Assembly (NCBI GenBank): GCA_026770705.1
Contig: JANJGN010000026.1
Span: 40,176,001 to 40,240,000, forward strand
Direction of reading: 5' to 3'
Length of the DNA stretch: 64,000 nt
Source of the DNA: Isurus oxyrinchus
Lineage: Eukaryota
Shown: piece by piece, positions 1 to 13,555 of the stretch
Layout of the letters: every line of letters starts with the position of its first letter
How positions within the stretch are numbered: position 1 is the stretch's first letter
Notes under the pieces: generated by a model
The model's database searches: none
What the model was told of the DNA's origin: nothing
The model's input: only the letters and a program-made list of their open reading frames with translations
Position numbers and translations under genes: made by a program

Positions 1-699
1 ACCGTCTCCAACGGAGATTCTTAGGAGGCATTGTCGAGAAGGAAATTGAGTCCGACTCTTCAGTTTCAGGGATGAGAGTTAAGGAGAAAACTAAAACATA
101 TGTTTTCAGTGGTGTTGATCTGGAACAGGTGGTGTAAGTGATGATATTTCAGAAACCTATTGCAAATTAAATGAAGTGAAAATAATTCATACACTAGCTT
201 ATTAAGCAGCAGGAAAAATAATCAAGTGGACACAGTTTCAAGTTGCTGAAAGGTAATCTAGGGCTGATATCAGGATATTGTTTACGGAGAGCGCAATCGA
301 GATTTGGAATACCATCAGATTTTAATTTAATAGGACAGGAAATTACAGAGAGTCATAAGCGATTTTCATTGTTAACTCCTGTGCCAAGTACAGAGGATGG
401 AGATGTACTCTTGTTTTTGCAATGCTCTCTGAGATTTTAATATAACTGCTATCATTTAAACTTTTTCTGACTAGCTTTGATCGATTATAAACGCAATTTA
501 TAATTACAATTTAATATAATTTCAGGAGTGGGCCTCATATCTCTGCTGCGTTGTAATTTGAAGGAAATCCCTGTGATCCTCAGTGGAGGCAGTGTTACTG
601 TTTCCGTTTATTGGTGTGAGAGCGCCTTCTGGTGAACACTAATTGGGTCTTTCTGTCTGGGTCTCTCTCCAGGATACGTGATATCACTGCATCAGTTTG

Positions 700-925
700 T
701 CCTCCATGGAATAGAAATCCAGGACAGTGTGACAGGTCAGGGTGTGGCTGACCTTCAGTTCAGTATTGTTGGTAATTTCGTTAACATAGAACGGAATAGA
801 TCAATGAGTGACGTGTAGGTTCCTGCCGACATCCCCCCAGATAAGATGAATGATGTATTGTGGAGGCTGGCCTTGTTGTTGGCTACACCAATTCACGTAG
901 GGCAAGACACGTTTGCCCTCAGACG
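700..925 (-). pseudogene. Degenerate TCR V remnant (family A)
   Basis: Minus strand reads YVNWCSQQQGQPPQYIIHLI...NNTELKV, alignable to the V at 15929-16232; family-A promoter remnant at ~1170-1380 and CTCF-like motif at ~619-632. Confidence 0.7.
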
Positions 926-2117
926 TTACGTTTGGAAAAGGCCATCTTGGTTATAGCAGACACATGGGGAATGGAATTTTACTGCAAAAATAAAGTATTT
1001 TACTATTTCGTTGGACATGGGCGTCACTGACAAGGCCTGCATCTGTTGTCCATCCCTAACTGCACTTGCCAAGGTGCTGATGAGGCTTCCTGAGCGGCGA
1101 TACAATGCGCAGTGGAGCAACACTGTTCAGTATGATGATCCCTGAGGCTTTTAACACTGCAGTTTTGGAAACTTCATTTCGGAGCGGAAATACAGATCCC
1201 CAGATCCCCCTACCCCATCAACACCCCCACCTCTACCCTCCTCCCCGCCCCCCCCCCCACCCCCCTGCCATCTGCAGTTGAACTAACCAATGTCAAGCTT
1301 GGACAGCGGCATCAGTCTGTCCAATAGTACAGGGAAAGCAAGCCAGCTCAGTCCGAGAGCAACAAATGGAAGCTGCGGCTGGTAATGTCTGCAGTTTCAT
1401 AGGGTGAACCTGTTAGGTGGGTCTATTAAGGGAAATATTTAAACTTGTACCGTCATCAGTGCAGATGTCTTTCAATAAAAAAATTGCTCAATGGCAACTG
1501 GAGCTTCCCACAGCCGCTATAAAGGGGAATGTAAATGCCACGGTGTCCGGAGGGATTCGACACAAAGAGAATATTTCCAACAAAGACCATTTCCATATGC
1601 ATTAAAATGGGAGTCACTGTCAGGTTGATCCAGTATGGTAGAGGTTCCACGGTCGATGAGTTCAATGGTGCAGGGGTGAACTGGTCATTCCAATTATTTA
1701 GAACATATTGACGTTAACAACAACCATTTTCACAATAAATTGCTTAACCATGAGGACAGAGTTTTCAGACTTCCATTTGAAGTTAATGGCTGAATTTTAT
1801 TGCATGTCTCTTAGTCATTTAATAAACATTAATAAAGAACAATGTTGTCAATCTGCAACTATCTCTGACACGCAAAAGATCAAACCTAGTCGCCTACTGC
1901 CCTCTGGTGGAATGTACATTTAAATATTTTTGATGAAAATTTAGAGGAAATGGCGGCTCAGGGTAATGTGCTCAGTTTGAACAGCAGCTCGGATAATAAA
2001 GTAATTGAAATAAGGAAACCTTAGTCTTATGAAGTATTTATTTTACACCGGTCTTCGATTTTCCCGCCGCAACTTCCGATTTTTGCCTGCTGTGTCTCTG
2101 TACTACAGAGGGCTGGG

Positions 2118-2420
2118 GGTTTCTGTACGAGGATTGAACTCGTTTCCATTAGTGCCAAGCTGCATTGTCGGCCAGCTGCAGCTCCGAGATCGTTAAAGTT
2201 ATGAATTTAGTGAAGCTGTTCAACTTAGATAAAAAGTGTTTTTTTTTTTACAAGATCGATTTTACTTCAGAACATCTCGGCATTTTATCAGAATAAATTC
2301 GGCATGTCTGTCAGTGTGATGCCGGTACCCGAATAAATGTAAGCCGCCGCTCCAACTGACATCGCATTTTCATGCCATCACTTCTCCTGTCTTAATCCCT
2401 GACGGCAGTAGCTGATCTGT
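2118..2420 (-). pseudogene. TCR V pseudogene (family D-like)
   Basis: Minus strand ...LFGYRHHTDRHAEFILIK...FTKFITLTISELQLADNAA; YYC and heptamer deleted, nonamer ACAGAAACC retained. Confidence 0.7.
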
Positions 2421-4551
2421 TAAAAAAAATGTTCAAACAGGAAAGATCAATCATGCGGGAGTTTAAAATGCAAACTCAATTCATATTTAAAACGAACGAA
2501 GATATGGAGTGTTTTTGATCCACAGCCATCGCCAGCAGCCTGAGTTTGACAGTAAAAACCAACAGGATTATAGAAATCAGGGAAAGAATGTATTGTTGCC
2601 AGGAGGAAACTGATTACTGATTACACAATCCATAGGAGATGGTTCTGGAACTCTGCAGCCGGGAAAAATCTCTCTTGCGGGGGGAAAAGCAAGCTCACGT
2701 CCCTCTGCACGGCTGTAACAACCGATGTCAAATACAGAGCAGAGGCAGCAATCCCTCCAGTAAAGCAAGCAAGCCAGGTCAGGGCGAGAGCAGCAAGTGA
2801 AATTTGCGGGCTGGGCTTCAAATAGTAGTGTTGCCACATGTAACATCCATGTGTGAGGGATTTTCGGTTTGTCCTCACTTTCTGTCACAATGATCCCTTC
2901 CTCCTTTCTTTGAAAGAATCCATTCCAAGAAGAACAAATCCTGCCTCTGTGACCTGCAGATGGCGAATATGTGAATGATAATTCGGAATGTACACTGTGC
3001 CTCACTACCATTACAAATGGAGGAGTATGAGGCAGTTCCTGCAATAAAGAAACACATCCTGCAATATCACTTTAAATTGAACTGGTGAGTTAGAACTGGA
3101 GGGCAGAATTTCAAAGGAGAAAATGAAATTATCCGCTGGTATCGAGAACGTTATTCTCACACACGATATGGTGAGAGTGGAATAAGTTTCTGGTTAGAGT
3201 GGCGGAAGGATAAACCACTGAATTGTTTAAGGCCGAAGTTGAGTCTTAATAGGGCTGCGAGGCAGGATCGCTTCGAACGGACGAGGGCACAAGTCTGAAT
3301 TATCTTGCCAAATAAAGGAACGCAGGAGTTCTAATTGGTTGTTACAAATAACCGGCACCAGATGGCAGTGGAGGATGGTTTCAGTGTGTAGGGTTCAGTT
3401 TCCCGCCGAGAACAGCAATCAGTAACTTTGTTGAAGAAAGGCATTAAAGAAAGATTCAAACATAGAGGCAATACTTTCAAATGTTTTTCTATTTTTATCA
3501 ATATTGTTGTGTCATTCACGGTTCAGTTTGTTGCACACTTCCCTCTGGATCTTAAGAGTTTTACCCATTCTTCGATGCAGAATAAACAACCTCAGCTTGC
3601 AACCCGCATCCAACAACTGAAGTTCATCTCCTTCCTGTGTAATTAGTGCCGGCTACCTGTCATCGTTCAAAATTCTACAAAGCTCCAGACTCTCATCGTG
3701 TTTTCCTCCCAGGTTTCCCGGTTATCAGTGATTCTTTGCTCTTTTTAGATGCTACGGAGGAGGAGGGATTGGTGGGGGGGGGGGGGGGGGGGCGGTGCCG
3801 CGGTTAGTAACTCTGAAAGAAACTGACCCTCCCCTCACGGGGAGCGGCGACGCGCCTTCCCATTTACCTGTCAGCCATCAGTCTGATGAGCTGCATAAAA
3901 GCTTTGCGCTCATCTACCTGCTTATATATATATACATTATTTATTCATTATCAAAAAGGTACGGATGTCCTAGACTTTATACTTCAACTGCCAATATGCA
4001 GACATTATTTGTCAGACCAGCCTGATTTGTTATCCCTCTCGCCGCAGAGCCAGAGGTTTCTGGATTCCAGTCCACTTGAGTCCCCAGGATCAATGCGGGC
4101 ACCCGAGTGCAATCCTATGGGAAGAGTGGACCTTTCTGATGAGGTGTCAACTCGTGATCGTCATTTGCCCTCACATGTGGGTTGATAAATCGCAACGCCA
4201 CTTTTTCAAAGAAGAACAGGCTTGGTTAACATCTATACACCCATAAAGATCTCTGGAACAGACGGGTAATTAAACGATTACTATTTAAAGGATCATTCCG
4301 GGTGCAAATTAGCTGCTGAGTTTTCTACATTACTTTATAACAATGACGGAAAAACAATTTGGGGTGTCACGATACGCGCTACATGAACACTCTATTTTTC
4401 ATTTTCTCAAATTCCCACATTTGTATATTTATGATATATTCAGTGGATTAGAATTATTAGTAAAAGGTATCGCATATGCGGGAACCTGTTCAGACTCACT
4501 CCTGATCACAATGGTTGCGTCATGCTCTGTGATATTGAGAGACTCTCTGAC

Positions 4552-4590
4552 AGTTTTTGTACAGTTTCAGCCCAGCCCCGAGTCTCTGTG
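4552..4590 (-). other. 23-RSS
   Basis: CACAGAG + 23 nt + ACAAAAACT. Confidence 0.92.
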
Positions 4591-4897
4591 AGTCTCAGTG
4601 CGCAGTAATACACCGCGGAGTCTGCCAGTTCTGTTTCAGACACTTTAAGCGGGACGGTGCCGATCGAATCGTTGAGGTCCGCTGAAAAACGGTCCCCAGG
4701 AAATCTCTCTTTGTTCTCGGTGTATCTAGTCCTCAGCAACAGATACTCCATGGATCCGCTGGGATGCTGACGATATCAGAATAAGTTGAGATCGTTGCTG
4801 TATGTAGCTGTATAATTACAGAACAACCGAACATTGTCTCCTTCACTCACTGTGACTGCAGGCGGTGCCTGTGAAACGGAATCTCCTCGACAATGTC
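4591..4897 (-). pseudogene. TRAV/DV: TCR alpha/delta V exon with stop at the conserved Trp
   Basis: GDSVSQAPPAVTVSEGDNVRLFCNYTATYSNDLNLF*YRQHPSG...DSAVYYCALR; AG acceptor intact; TGG>TGA at 4776-4778; upstream leader (~4985-5030) lacks ATG. Confidence 0.92.
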
Positions 4898-5408
4898 CTG
4901 TAAGAGCCAAGAGTAACATTAAATTAAACGATATCATTTCGCTTTGTTCATGCGCTTTAATAGGATCATCGCCCTGGACAATAACCTGAGAAATGAATCG
5001 GAGGAGCTAAACACAAATATATTCACCACTCAGTGGCTCTAATCGGAAGGTGCTTGGACCGAATAAATAAAACTTCCTTCAATGAACATTCGGCTCCTTC
5101 TATCGAAATCAGGTCCTCAGCTTCGTTTCCTGTAATTTGAAGGGAAAGTGAAAACTCTCGGTGAGTTTAAAGCTTTGGTATTTGTCAAAGTCCGTCTCCG
5201 ACACCGGCGGGGCCCGTAGTCTCACTTTAACTCTTCCAGCCTCATTCATTCGGGTAGCTTTCCTACTACCGTGCAGCGACAAAGTGGATCCAGATGATTT
5301 TCTCATTTGGGATCAAAATATTTTTACCACCTGTTAATCGAACTGTCCGATTGAATGTAGTGAATGATAAAGATATGACTCGCAGAGTTGTACAATTTAT
5401 GAACCTAC

Positions 5409-5460
5409 CAGTGAAAAGAGCTGCTGCTGTGAGGAATAAATACAAAGCAACAGGAGACAT
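5409..5460 (-). other. Intact-looking leader exon followed by a highly degenerate V-like exon (~5110-5330)
   Basis: MSPVALYLFLTAAALFT-G|GTAGG phase-1 donor; CCAAT boxes at ~5560-5595; downstream GSTLSLHGS resembles FR1. Confidence 0.6.
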
Positions 5461-5889
5461 GTTTGCAGAGAGCTCCCGGCGGATCTAACCAGAATAGGGT
5501 GAAGCCGAAATTGTTTTAGTCAAGGGTTGGTAAGAAGTGGCGTTACATCCCGGCCTCTGCTGATTGGTTCATTGCTGACTGGGTCACCAATCAGCTGAAA
5601 GCTTCTTTGTGTTTAATTCAAGCAATCAGGTCGCAGCTCCTTTGATCTCTAATTCGTATCACCAGCGTCGGGAGAAAGGAAGGAAGTGAATGTATTCATC
5701 TCACAACAGGGAATTGGACAGGGATTAAACTCAATGTTCACCCCTTAACAAGTTCAATCGGTAAGACGGAGAGAGAAGGAAAGAGCTGCTCTATGACTAT
5801 GAAAACACCGTTAGCCCTAGTTAACAGGCTTCAGTTGGAAATTCATGTCTGCATTTAGACTTAGGTGATTAAATAAACTCGTCAAGCGA

Positions 5890-6200
5890 CCATCAAAAAC
5901 AAAAAATCCCAAACACGCAAACCCTTCCTCCGAGAAGGACAAGGGCGGCAGGCACCGCCGGCTGCAGGTCCCCCTCCAAGCCCCACACAAGTATAACTGA
6001 AAACTATAACGGCCGCCCCTTCACTGTCGCTGGATCGAAATGCTGGAACTCCCTCCCTAACAGCACTGTGGATGTACCTACACCACATGGACTGCAGCGG
6101 TTCAAGAAGAAAGCTCACCATAGACTTCTCAAGAGAGGTGGGGAGGAAATGCTGGTCCGGCTAGCGACTTTCAATACCAGTAAAGCATGGAACAATGTCC
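5890..6200 (+). mobile_element. LINE 3' end fragment (CR1/L2 group)
   Basis: Alignable to 22260-22530 and 44045-44380. Confidence 0.7.
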
Positions 6201-6651
6201 TCCACCTGTCACCCGCTCGGATAACCAAACCAACGACTAATGATGCACCCTTCTGCGCTCGTGTTTCTGTCAATTAGTCCGTGTCAATCATCCCAGTACG
6301 AGAACTGATAAAGTTCTGCAAGACGCGTATTGTTTATGTATCCACAGATGCTGACTGACTTACTTTTTTTGCTTAATCATTCTCTCAGCCGCCCTCTGGT
6401 GACAAGAGCGTATAAACTTTTACAAAGCAGTTTCAGAGATAGCAGTTGGCTCAGGGTCATGTGCTCTGCTGAAAGGCAGACATAATTGATATCACCATTG
6501 AACATCGGAACATGATAATTTTTTCTAAATGATTATGTTGTGACGGTCTTCGCATCCAGTCGCCTTGTAACTGAATTCTTGAAGTGGAGTTTCACATCCA
6601 CAAACTGACGGGTGTACCTGTATGAGGGTTTAACTTGTTTCCAACACGGTG

Positions 6652-6900
6652 TCCCTCAGGGCGCAGGGATAAATTGCAGTTAGATACAGCCAAGTGATGG
6701 CAAATGAATTTTGTCAAGCTGCCGACATTTGCAGACCAATGCATTTTAACAAAATCTGCTTTATTTTTCAAAACCTTTGAAGCATTACATAAACTAAGCA
6801 TTGGCTGTGTTTCAGCTTGTTGTTGGTACCAGCTGCCGCGTCTGTTTCTGTCTTAAGCCTTACGAATAGTGCCTGAGCGACAATATCTCCATGGCTCAGA
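6652..6900 (-). pseudogene. TCR V pseudogene (family D-like) with RSS at 6613-6651
   Basis: SHGDIVAQ...WYQQQAETQP...AIYPCALR, internal deletions; CACCGTG + 23 + ACAGGTACA; downstream flank paralogous to 1890-2100. Confidence 0.8.
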
Positions 6901-7699
6901 TATCAGAAATTTGTAGTAAACAAGGAAAGATCAAAAACACGAGAGTCTTGGCCTGGAGGAGGGTAACTTATGAAAAGCAGATACGCAGCCACCAGATACG
7001 GTCAATAAATAAATGAATAAAACTTATGAAAGAAAAAGAATCGAAGGAGAGTTTAGAATCGGAAATTGTTGAATATTATTTTGAGCCCGGAAGGCGAATA
7101 ATTCTGTAAAGTTGCACCTTGCAGTTCCAGGTCAACGCCACTAGAGGGCAGTGTGAGACAGTGTTGGTTTCGGGGTCGGGGTGCATTCTGGTCTCACAAC
7201 AGTGTTCAGAAATCTTACTGAAGAAAATTGACGAAAACAAATTCAGAAACAGAAACATTATTTTTTTCAATGTTTATATAACTCTTGGTAGGTTGTATCT
7301 GTTTGAAAGAAAAAGAAAATGCATCCACGCACATGGGTTCAAACGGTAAAATATTTAGACTAATATCAGGATATATTTGTTGTCACAATGAGATGGATCA
7401 CAGTGTGGAACAAACTTTCAGCCAGAATGCGGGAGGAAAATACCCTGGAATCCTTGGATGCTTAGTTGAAGGCGAGATTAGGGCCTTTATGGATAGGAGA
7501 GCGATACGAGGAAGAAGGCAACAGCAGTTCGAATTTGTAACTACCTTCAGAACGGCAGCTTGGCGGGAATTTACGTGAATTATTGCACCCATGCAATTGT
7601 CAGTGTGCACCAGCAGAGAGCAGTGTGAATCACTGAGAAATTCTGAATGTGGACCGTCCGGTGTGAGCTCAGAAACAGCGAGCTGTGTCAGTGTGAAAC

Positions 7700-8000
7700 C
7701 TTATCTTTACCTTGCTTGCCCTGCTCTCAACCCTTAATTAGCACATTCCTTAGATAATATCATCACCTTCATCACCTCTTTGTCCTTTTGTCTGTGACAT
7801 CTTTTGGTTATCTCCACTTATCACTGGCCGTTTATCCAGCTCTACTTGCACCCCCCACCCCCTTAAACCAGCTTATATTTCACCTCTCTTCTATTTTTAC
7901 TTAGTTCAGTTGAGGAGTCAATCGAAGTCGAAACATTAACTGTGCTCCTCTCCGCAGATGCTGCAACACCTGCTGAGTTTTTCCAGGTATTTTTGTTTTT
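7700..8000 (+). mobile_element. Penelope-like element 3'/pLTR fragment inserted in a V promoter
   Basis: Same tail (GAAAC...CCTGCTGAGTTTTTCCAGG) as the GIY-YIG-bearing copies at 46737-47578 and 53426-55683. Confidence 0.8.
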
Positions 8001-8139
8001 GACTCAGTTTCTGTCCTTAGTTCGACAGGAATGCGCCTCTGAGTTGCTCGTTGTGAGTTCTTCAGACGATAATATCCATCCCCTGGTTTTAACCTGACCC
8101 TCCGGACAATTTTCTCAACCGGCATTTCATGTGGTCTGA

Positions 8140-8496
8140 TAATACTTCGGATTTACAGAGTGCTTCTGCTGTTTTCCAGCAGAAGCAGGAATCATATCCA
8201 TGAAGTTCTCCATCACCATTGCGTTTGACATCGTGCGTTGGTGCAGACGGATTCCGAATCAGCCCCCCCTCCCCCAGCCCAACCCACGCCCCCCTACCAC
8301 CGACCAACCCCTCTCTCCACGCGCCCAGCATCTATTGATGGCCACAAGAGGAACTGACCAACATGAGATGATCACTGCTTCAACCGAGGGAGGCAACAAA
8401 CTCCGTGCCGTGACTGGGAGGCGCTCGGGTTACAGACACTGCTGCCTGTCTCTGCGCCACAGTCTCACAGTTCAATGAAGAGCTGGTACAGAAACC
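8140..8496 (+). pseudogene. TCR V pseudogene (family B) with 23-RSS
   Basis: QHLLMATRGTDQH homologous to the 30515 gene; C-rich insertion and deletions; RSS CACAGTC+23+ACAGAAACC at 8458-8496. Confidence 0.85.
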
Positions 8497-9046
8497 TGGA
8501 CCAAGTGGGCGAACCACACCACTGTTATTCGATCATCGGCCTTTCGAGTGGTGCTTTTACAAAGATCCCAGGGTAGGGGCTATGAAAACAAAACAAAAAA
8601 TAAAATCTAGAATTGAAATACTTAAAGATAGTCAGAAATGAAGAGAATTGGACACAGAGTTGGAGAGAAAAAGAAAAAACTTATCGCACAATCCAGAATG
8701 AGTGGGAGAAAAACAGAAAGCAAAAACGTGTTTAACCATTGGTGAAGAGGACAGAAAATTAGGAAACAATCGAACGATAAGAGGAAGCAAGTAAAAATTA
8801 ACGAGTGTGATGCATAGAGGTAAAGATCAAAATGAAAACGATCTATACTTGACCTGAATTTGCCCGGTCTTAAAATCCCTCTTTATTATTTCCCTTGCTT
8901 GGGAAAGAATGAAACACTTGCTGCTCTCCAAGAAGTTTCACACTATTTCTGTTGCCATTTTACTCCTTCTTAGCCTGTTGCGTGCATTATTTCCACACCA
9001 ACGTCTTCCAATATCCTTGGGCATGATCTAATATAGCAATGTAGAA

Positions 9047-10770
9047 AGCGGTGGCGTGGTGGACTAATATTTCAGAGACCCCGGGTATGAGCCGAGTTTC
9101 AATCCCACAAGAGCAGATGTTGAAATTTGAGTTCAATAAGTCTAATGATAACCATGGCTGAATGCTGTAAAAAAATCTGGTTCACTAATGTCCTTTAGGG
9201 AAGGAAATCTGTTGCCCTCACCTGGTTTGGCCTACATGTGACTTAAGACCCACAGCTATGTGGGTTAACTCTCAAATGGCCCAGTAAGCCACTCTACTCT
9301 GTTGCATCAAAGGAATGAAACTGGATGGAGCACACGGCAAATTTAGGCCTGCCAGCACTGCACTGCCCTTCGTACTAACATGAGAGCTGTCTCATTGATC
9401 AGTCAAGCATAGTCATACTATCTTACAGACAATGTCCCAGGCACCACCATCGCTGGTTATGTCCCGGCAGCAGCCGGGAAGGAGTTGCCCTAGGAGACCT
9501 CAACATGGACTCCAGATCTCATGGCATCAGGTCAAACAGGAGCAAGGAAACCTCCTGGTGATTACCAAATACCCCCCTCCCCAACACCTGATGAATCTGT
9601 AGTCTTCCATTTTGAACACCACTTGGAGGAAACAGTGAGGGTGGTAAGGGCACAGAATGTAAACTGAATGGGGGACTCCAATGTCCATCACCTAAGAGTT
9701 GGTTGAGTCATAAAGGCCATGGCTGCTGGACTGGGTCTGGGGCATGTGGTGAGTGAACAAACAAGAGGGAGAAGATATTTGACCTCATCCCCTCCAATCT
9801 GCCTGCCATCTCCAGATTGAGGGTACCCTCCATCGTGTTGTGTGACACCACAATCGTGCGAAATGGCATAGGTTTCGCAAAGATCTTGCAGTTCAATTTT
9901 AGACAACAACTAGGCGCTGTGGGCCATCAGAAGCAGCAGCACTGTTTTCAACCACAACCTGTAACCTCATGGACTGGCATACACCCCACTCTACCATTAC
10001 CATCAAGCCAGTGGATCAACCATGGTTCAATGAAGAGCGCAGTAAGGCATGCCAGGAGCAGCACCAGGCATATCTAAAAATGAGGTGTCAGCCTGGTGAA
10101 GCTATAACATATGACTACTTGCGTGCCAAACAGCATAAGCAGCAAGTGATGGACAGAGCTAAACAATTCCACAACCAACGGATCAGACCTAAGCTCTGTC
10201 GTGCTGCCACATCCAGCCATGAATGGTGGTGGACAATTAAACAACTTGCTAGAGGAAGCGGCGTCTCCAATATCCCCATCCCCTATGAAGAAAGAGTCTA
10301 GCAGGTCAGTGCAAAAGATAAGACTGAAACATTTATTGCAATCTTCGACTTCCTCCAGAGGTTCCCACAATCACAGATGCCTGTCTTCAGCCAATTCGAT
10401 TCTCTCCTGGTGATATCAAGAAACGGTTGAAGGCACTGGATATGACAAAGGCTATTGGCACTGACAATATTCCGGCAAAAGTACTGAACATGTGTGCTCC
10501 AGAACTTGCCGCACTCAGACCGAATATTTTCCAGTACAGCCACAACATAGGCATATACCCAGCAACGTGAAAAATGTCCCAGGTATACCCTGCACACAAA
10601 AAGCAGGACAAACCCAACCGCCCGAACAGACTATTCTCGATCATCAGTAAAGATATGGAACGGGTCATCAACAGTGCGACCAAGCAGCACTTGCTTAGCT
10701 ATGAGTTGCTCACTGACACCCAGTTTGGGTTCCGCCAGGGCCACTGAGCTCCTGGCCTCATTACATCAAC
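9047..10770 (+). mobile_element. SINE-like tRNA-derived head followed by degenerate CR1/L2-group LINE (endonuclease to RT N-terminus)
   Basis: DQPWFNE, KAIGTDNIPAKVL, DTQFGFRQG motifs, frameshifted; B-box-like GTTTCAATCCC near 9095. Confidence 0.85.
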
Positions 10771-11049
10771 GACGGAATGAGACAGATAGACCCGCCGATG
10801 AAGAAAGTACCTGAGCTACCGAGAAAGACAGGGAGAAAGAGAAAGTCAGGGAAAATAATCGGCCCAGAAGCAATTGGTGCCCAATTATCATCAGTCTTGA
10901 GAGAGCAGCCAATCATGTTGCTGGGAAACGCCTTTCAGTTTCTCAATAAGTGAAGCTTGCCCCGATCCGAATTTCCTCTTTATCTCAGAACAGAGTGTCA
11001 ACATATTTCTAATCTTATCTTACTTCATCCGAATTCTAATCCTGACACC

Positions 11050-11480
11050 ATATGCTCCCAGTGCCCTTTAATGATAATAATGATCTTACTGCATGGTGAG
11101 TCAATGTTTAAATGGTCCATGTCTGTTCCATTTGTTATATTCAATTCCAGATATTTGATACGTTCTGTGTTTTGTTCCAGGAACAAATGGTCAAGATTCA
11201 GTGTCCCAGAATCCCTCTGAATTAGCGGCTCTTGAAGGACAAGGCATAAAACTGGAATGTATTTATTCGGCAGCTGGTGTAACTCTGTTCTGGTACATCC
11301 AGTACCCCGGGGAAGCTCCGAGATATTTAATGAAGATATATAGCTCGGGGAATGCAGAAAATTTCCAGATTTCCCAGATAGATTCTCCGCTGTTTTGCAC
11401 AATGGGAACAAAACGGTTCCTTTAAATACCGCTGGGGCTTTTCTCTCCGACAGCGCCGTGTATTTCTGTGCCATGGAGCC
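11050..11480 (+). pseudogene. TRAV/DV: TCR V pseudogene (family C): leader 11050-11095, V exon from 11181
   Basis: QDSVSQNPSELAALEGQGIKLECIYS...LFWYIQYPGEAPRYLMK...DSAVYFCAME; start ATG>ATA and a 1-nt frameshift near 11360 relative to the 24751 paralog. Confidence 0.92.
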
Positions 11481-11557
11481 CACACTGCTGCAGAGATATA
11501 GCGTATCCCGTACAAAAACCCCGCTGGGAGTTCCAGTCAGTGCTCAGCAGAGGGCGC
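11481..11557 (+). promoter_or_regulatory. RSS (nonamer 11512-11520) plus adjacent CTCF motif (11544-11557)
   Basis: CACTGCT+22 (or CACACTG+24)+ACAAAAACC, then TCAGCAGAGGGCGC. Confidence 0.8.
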
Positions 11558-12448
11558 TGTCACACCGAAAAAACAGAAACAATTCAGCCTGTAACTCTTT
11601 AGAGTACAAACACGTTTCCATCTGTTTCAGATGAAGTTACATTGTGTCATAGTTTGCCATTGTGAGATTTGAACTCTTGATCTTGGGGTTTGCAAACCCA
11701 GTACCATAACAACTTGGCTATTTAGGTTTGTAGGTGTCACAGGGTCATTAATGAAATATCAAAACCAATCATAACGCTGAACAAGAACAGCTGAGCAGCA
11801 ACTGAGGAATTCTATGAGTTGGGATTTTATCATGCATCTATAATAAACATGAATTTCCCAAATTAATTTGTGGTGCGTTAATTCACATTTTGCCTTTTGA
11901 TGATCTTTCCTTGCCTGTCGGAATTATTGCCCCTTTCTCCATCTCCACTGTCCCTTTCGAAGTCTCTTTGGTCAACGCCGGCACATGTTGTCTATTTGAC
12001 CAGACTATTTTTCTGGTTCATGGAAGGTAGGTTGAAAATGAACACATTTCACAAGGGAATGATTGTGCTCTTTTAAACAAGCCCCAAGCACAGAGTTCCC
12101 TCAATGTGCATTGTCCTTTCGAGTGTCTGCTTGATATTTTCTTACACCATTCACAACCCGGTGTTTCTGTTTTTCAATAACCAGTTAAGGGGATCCATCC
12201 CCACCCCTGTCCCTAATAATATAACATCCCCGTTATAAGGACACAGACAATAGCCCCGCTCGGGCTGTTTACATTCACTGACAGCCGCTCCCCTCCACCA
12301 CCAAACCCCCCGCCCACCCCACCACCTACAGGTCTTAAAGAACCAACGGATACACAAGGGAATGAGGTGAGAGGGTCCCGAGAGTAACAACCGATTATTG
12401 ATGGTTTCTTCTAATCTCAATTTCCCTTTCACAGAGCGGACAGCGACA

Positions 12449-12975
12449 ATGTCGACAAGCAGCAATTGGGGTGTATGGGGAGTGACCAGGGATTCCTGAC
12501 AGGGAACAGTGAAATAAACACATTTCATCTCATTTTCAAAACATGGTTTCAATCTGAATTTTAAACACTCTCCTGTATGAGCATTTTCTGTTTGATCATG
12601 TGTTTCAGGTCTGAGTTATGGAGATCGTTACTCAGATACTGTCCTCAAATGTTAAGACTGAAGGAGAAGTAGCTGGTTTAAGTTTCACTGATGATATTTC
12701 ATGGAGTGAATGCGTTTTATTCTGGTACCGGCTGATCCCGATCGGGCTGTATTTACAGGGGCAGTCTTCCTCATGTCTGCAGGCAATTGGTGAGACAGAC
12801 AACAGCAAAAGGACCGTTCAGACAGTCACACCTCTCTCTGAGTTAAGGAAGTGAACTGTGAAGAGCTCATCAGAAGCAGGGCACAACCGGGGTTTATGTT
12901 GGGAAGCAATCTCACTCCCCAGTACTTTGTGCTGTGCTTGGGAGCTCCTGCCTGTTGGGGTTTGTACAGAATCCA
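12449..12975 (+). pseudogene. Degenerate TCR V (family D)
   Basis: Leader remnant plus SYGD..TQ..KTEGEVAGLSF...LFWYR; 3' half scrambled; inverted paralog of 23390-23950. Confidence 0.65.
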
Positions 12976-13252
12976 GGGCAGGTGCAGCCATAATGTCCAG
13001 CGGCGCTGTCAGTAACTCAAACACACACCGAGAGAAAACCACATTCACCTCGGATCAAACCGGCAACAACTGTTTCCAGCAGCGGCCAAGAAAACAAACT
13101 GCAGAATCCGACCCTACCGAACACATGTCAAAAAAATCTACAGGTTAAACCATCTTTCCTGTTTCTGATCAGCTTTTATTTCCCTTAAACTCCGAGCTCG
13201 ATATTCAGATCAGCTCCGGGCAAGATGTTTCTGATCCTCAAACCAGACCGTC

Positions 13253-13305
13253 TGACATCACACTGACTGTAGGGCGAAGACGTCTCACGCTGCAGGGTGA
13301 CGTCA
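13253..13305. promoter_or_regulatory. CRE/ATF motif cluster upstream of family-E V
   Basis: TGACATCA, GACGTC, TGACGTCA (13298-13305). Confidence 0.6.
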
Positions 13306-13555
13306 CACAGGCTGTGGGTCGAGTCTTACTGGCGGATGCTCTGATGCATGCGCACTCCCCTCCCCCACGCCCCATCATGCTGAAGCTCCATCGCAGCTTC
13401 AGTTTGTGATCACAAGTCCTAGAGACTCCTGTCTGGCGGACGCAGTGTAACTGGTGTTGGGCTCAGTTTGATAGGGCACAGCGCTGCCTCCCCCGACATC
13501 GCCTCTTGGCCTGAATCTGTTGAGAGTTACTTTACTGAAGTCGATAGGGTCCAAC

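Noticed and set aside
2577-3044. 155-aa ORF and overlapping ORFs
   Set aside because: No recognisable domain or splice structure; a homology search would be needed
3883-3915. CTGATGAG hammerhead-like core
   Set aside because: No stem II followed by GAAA
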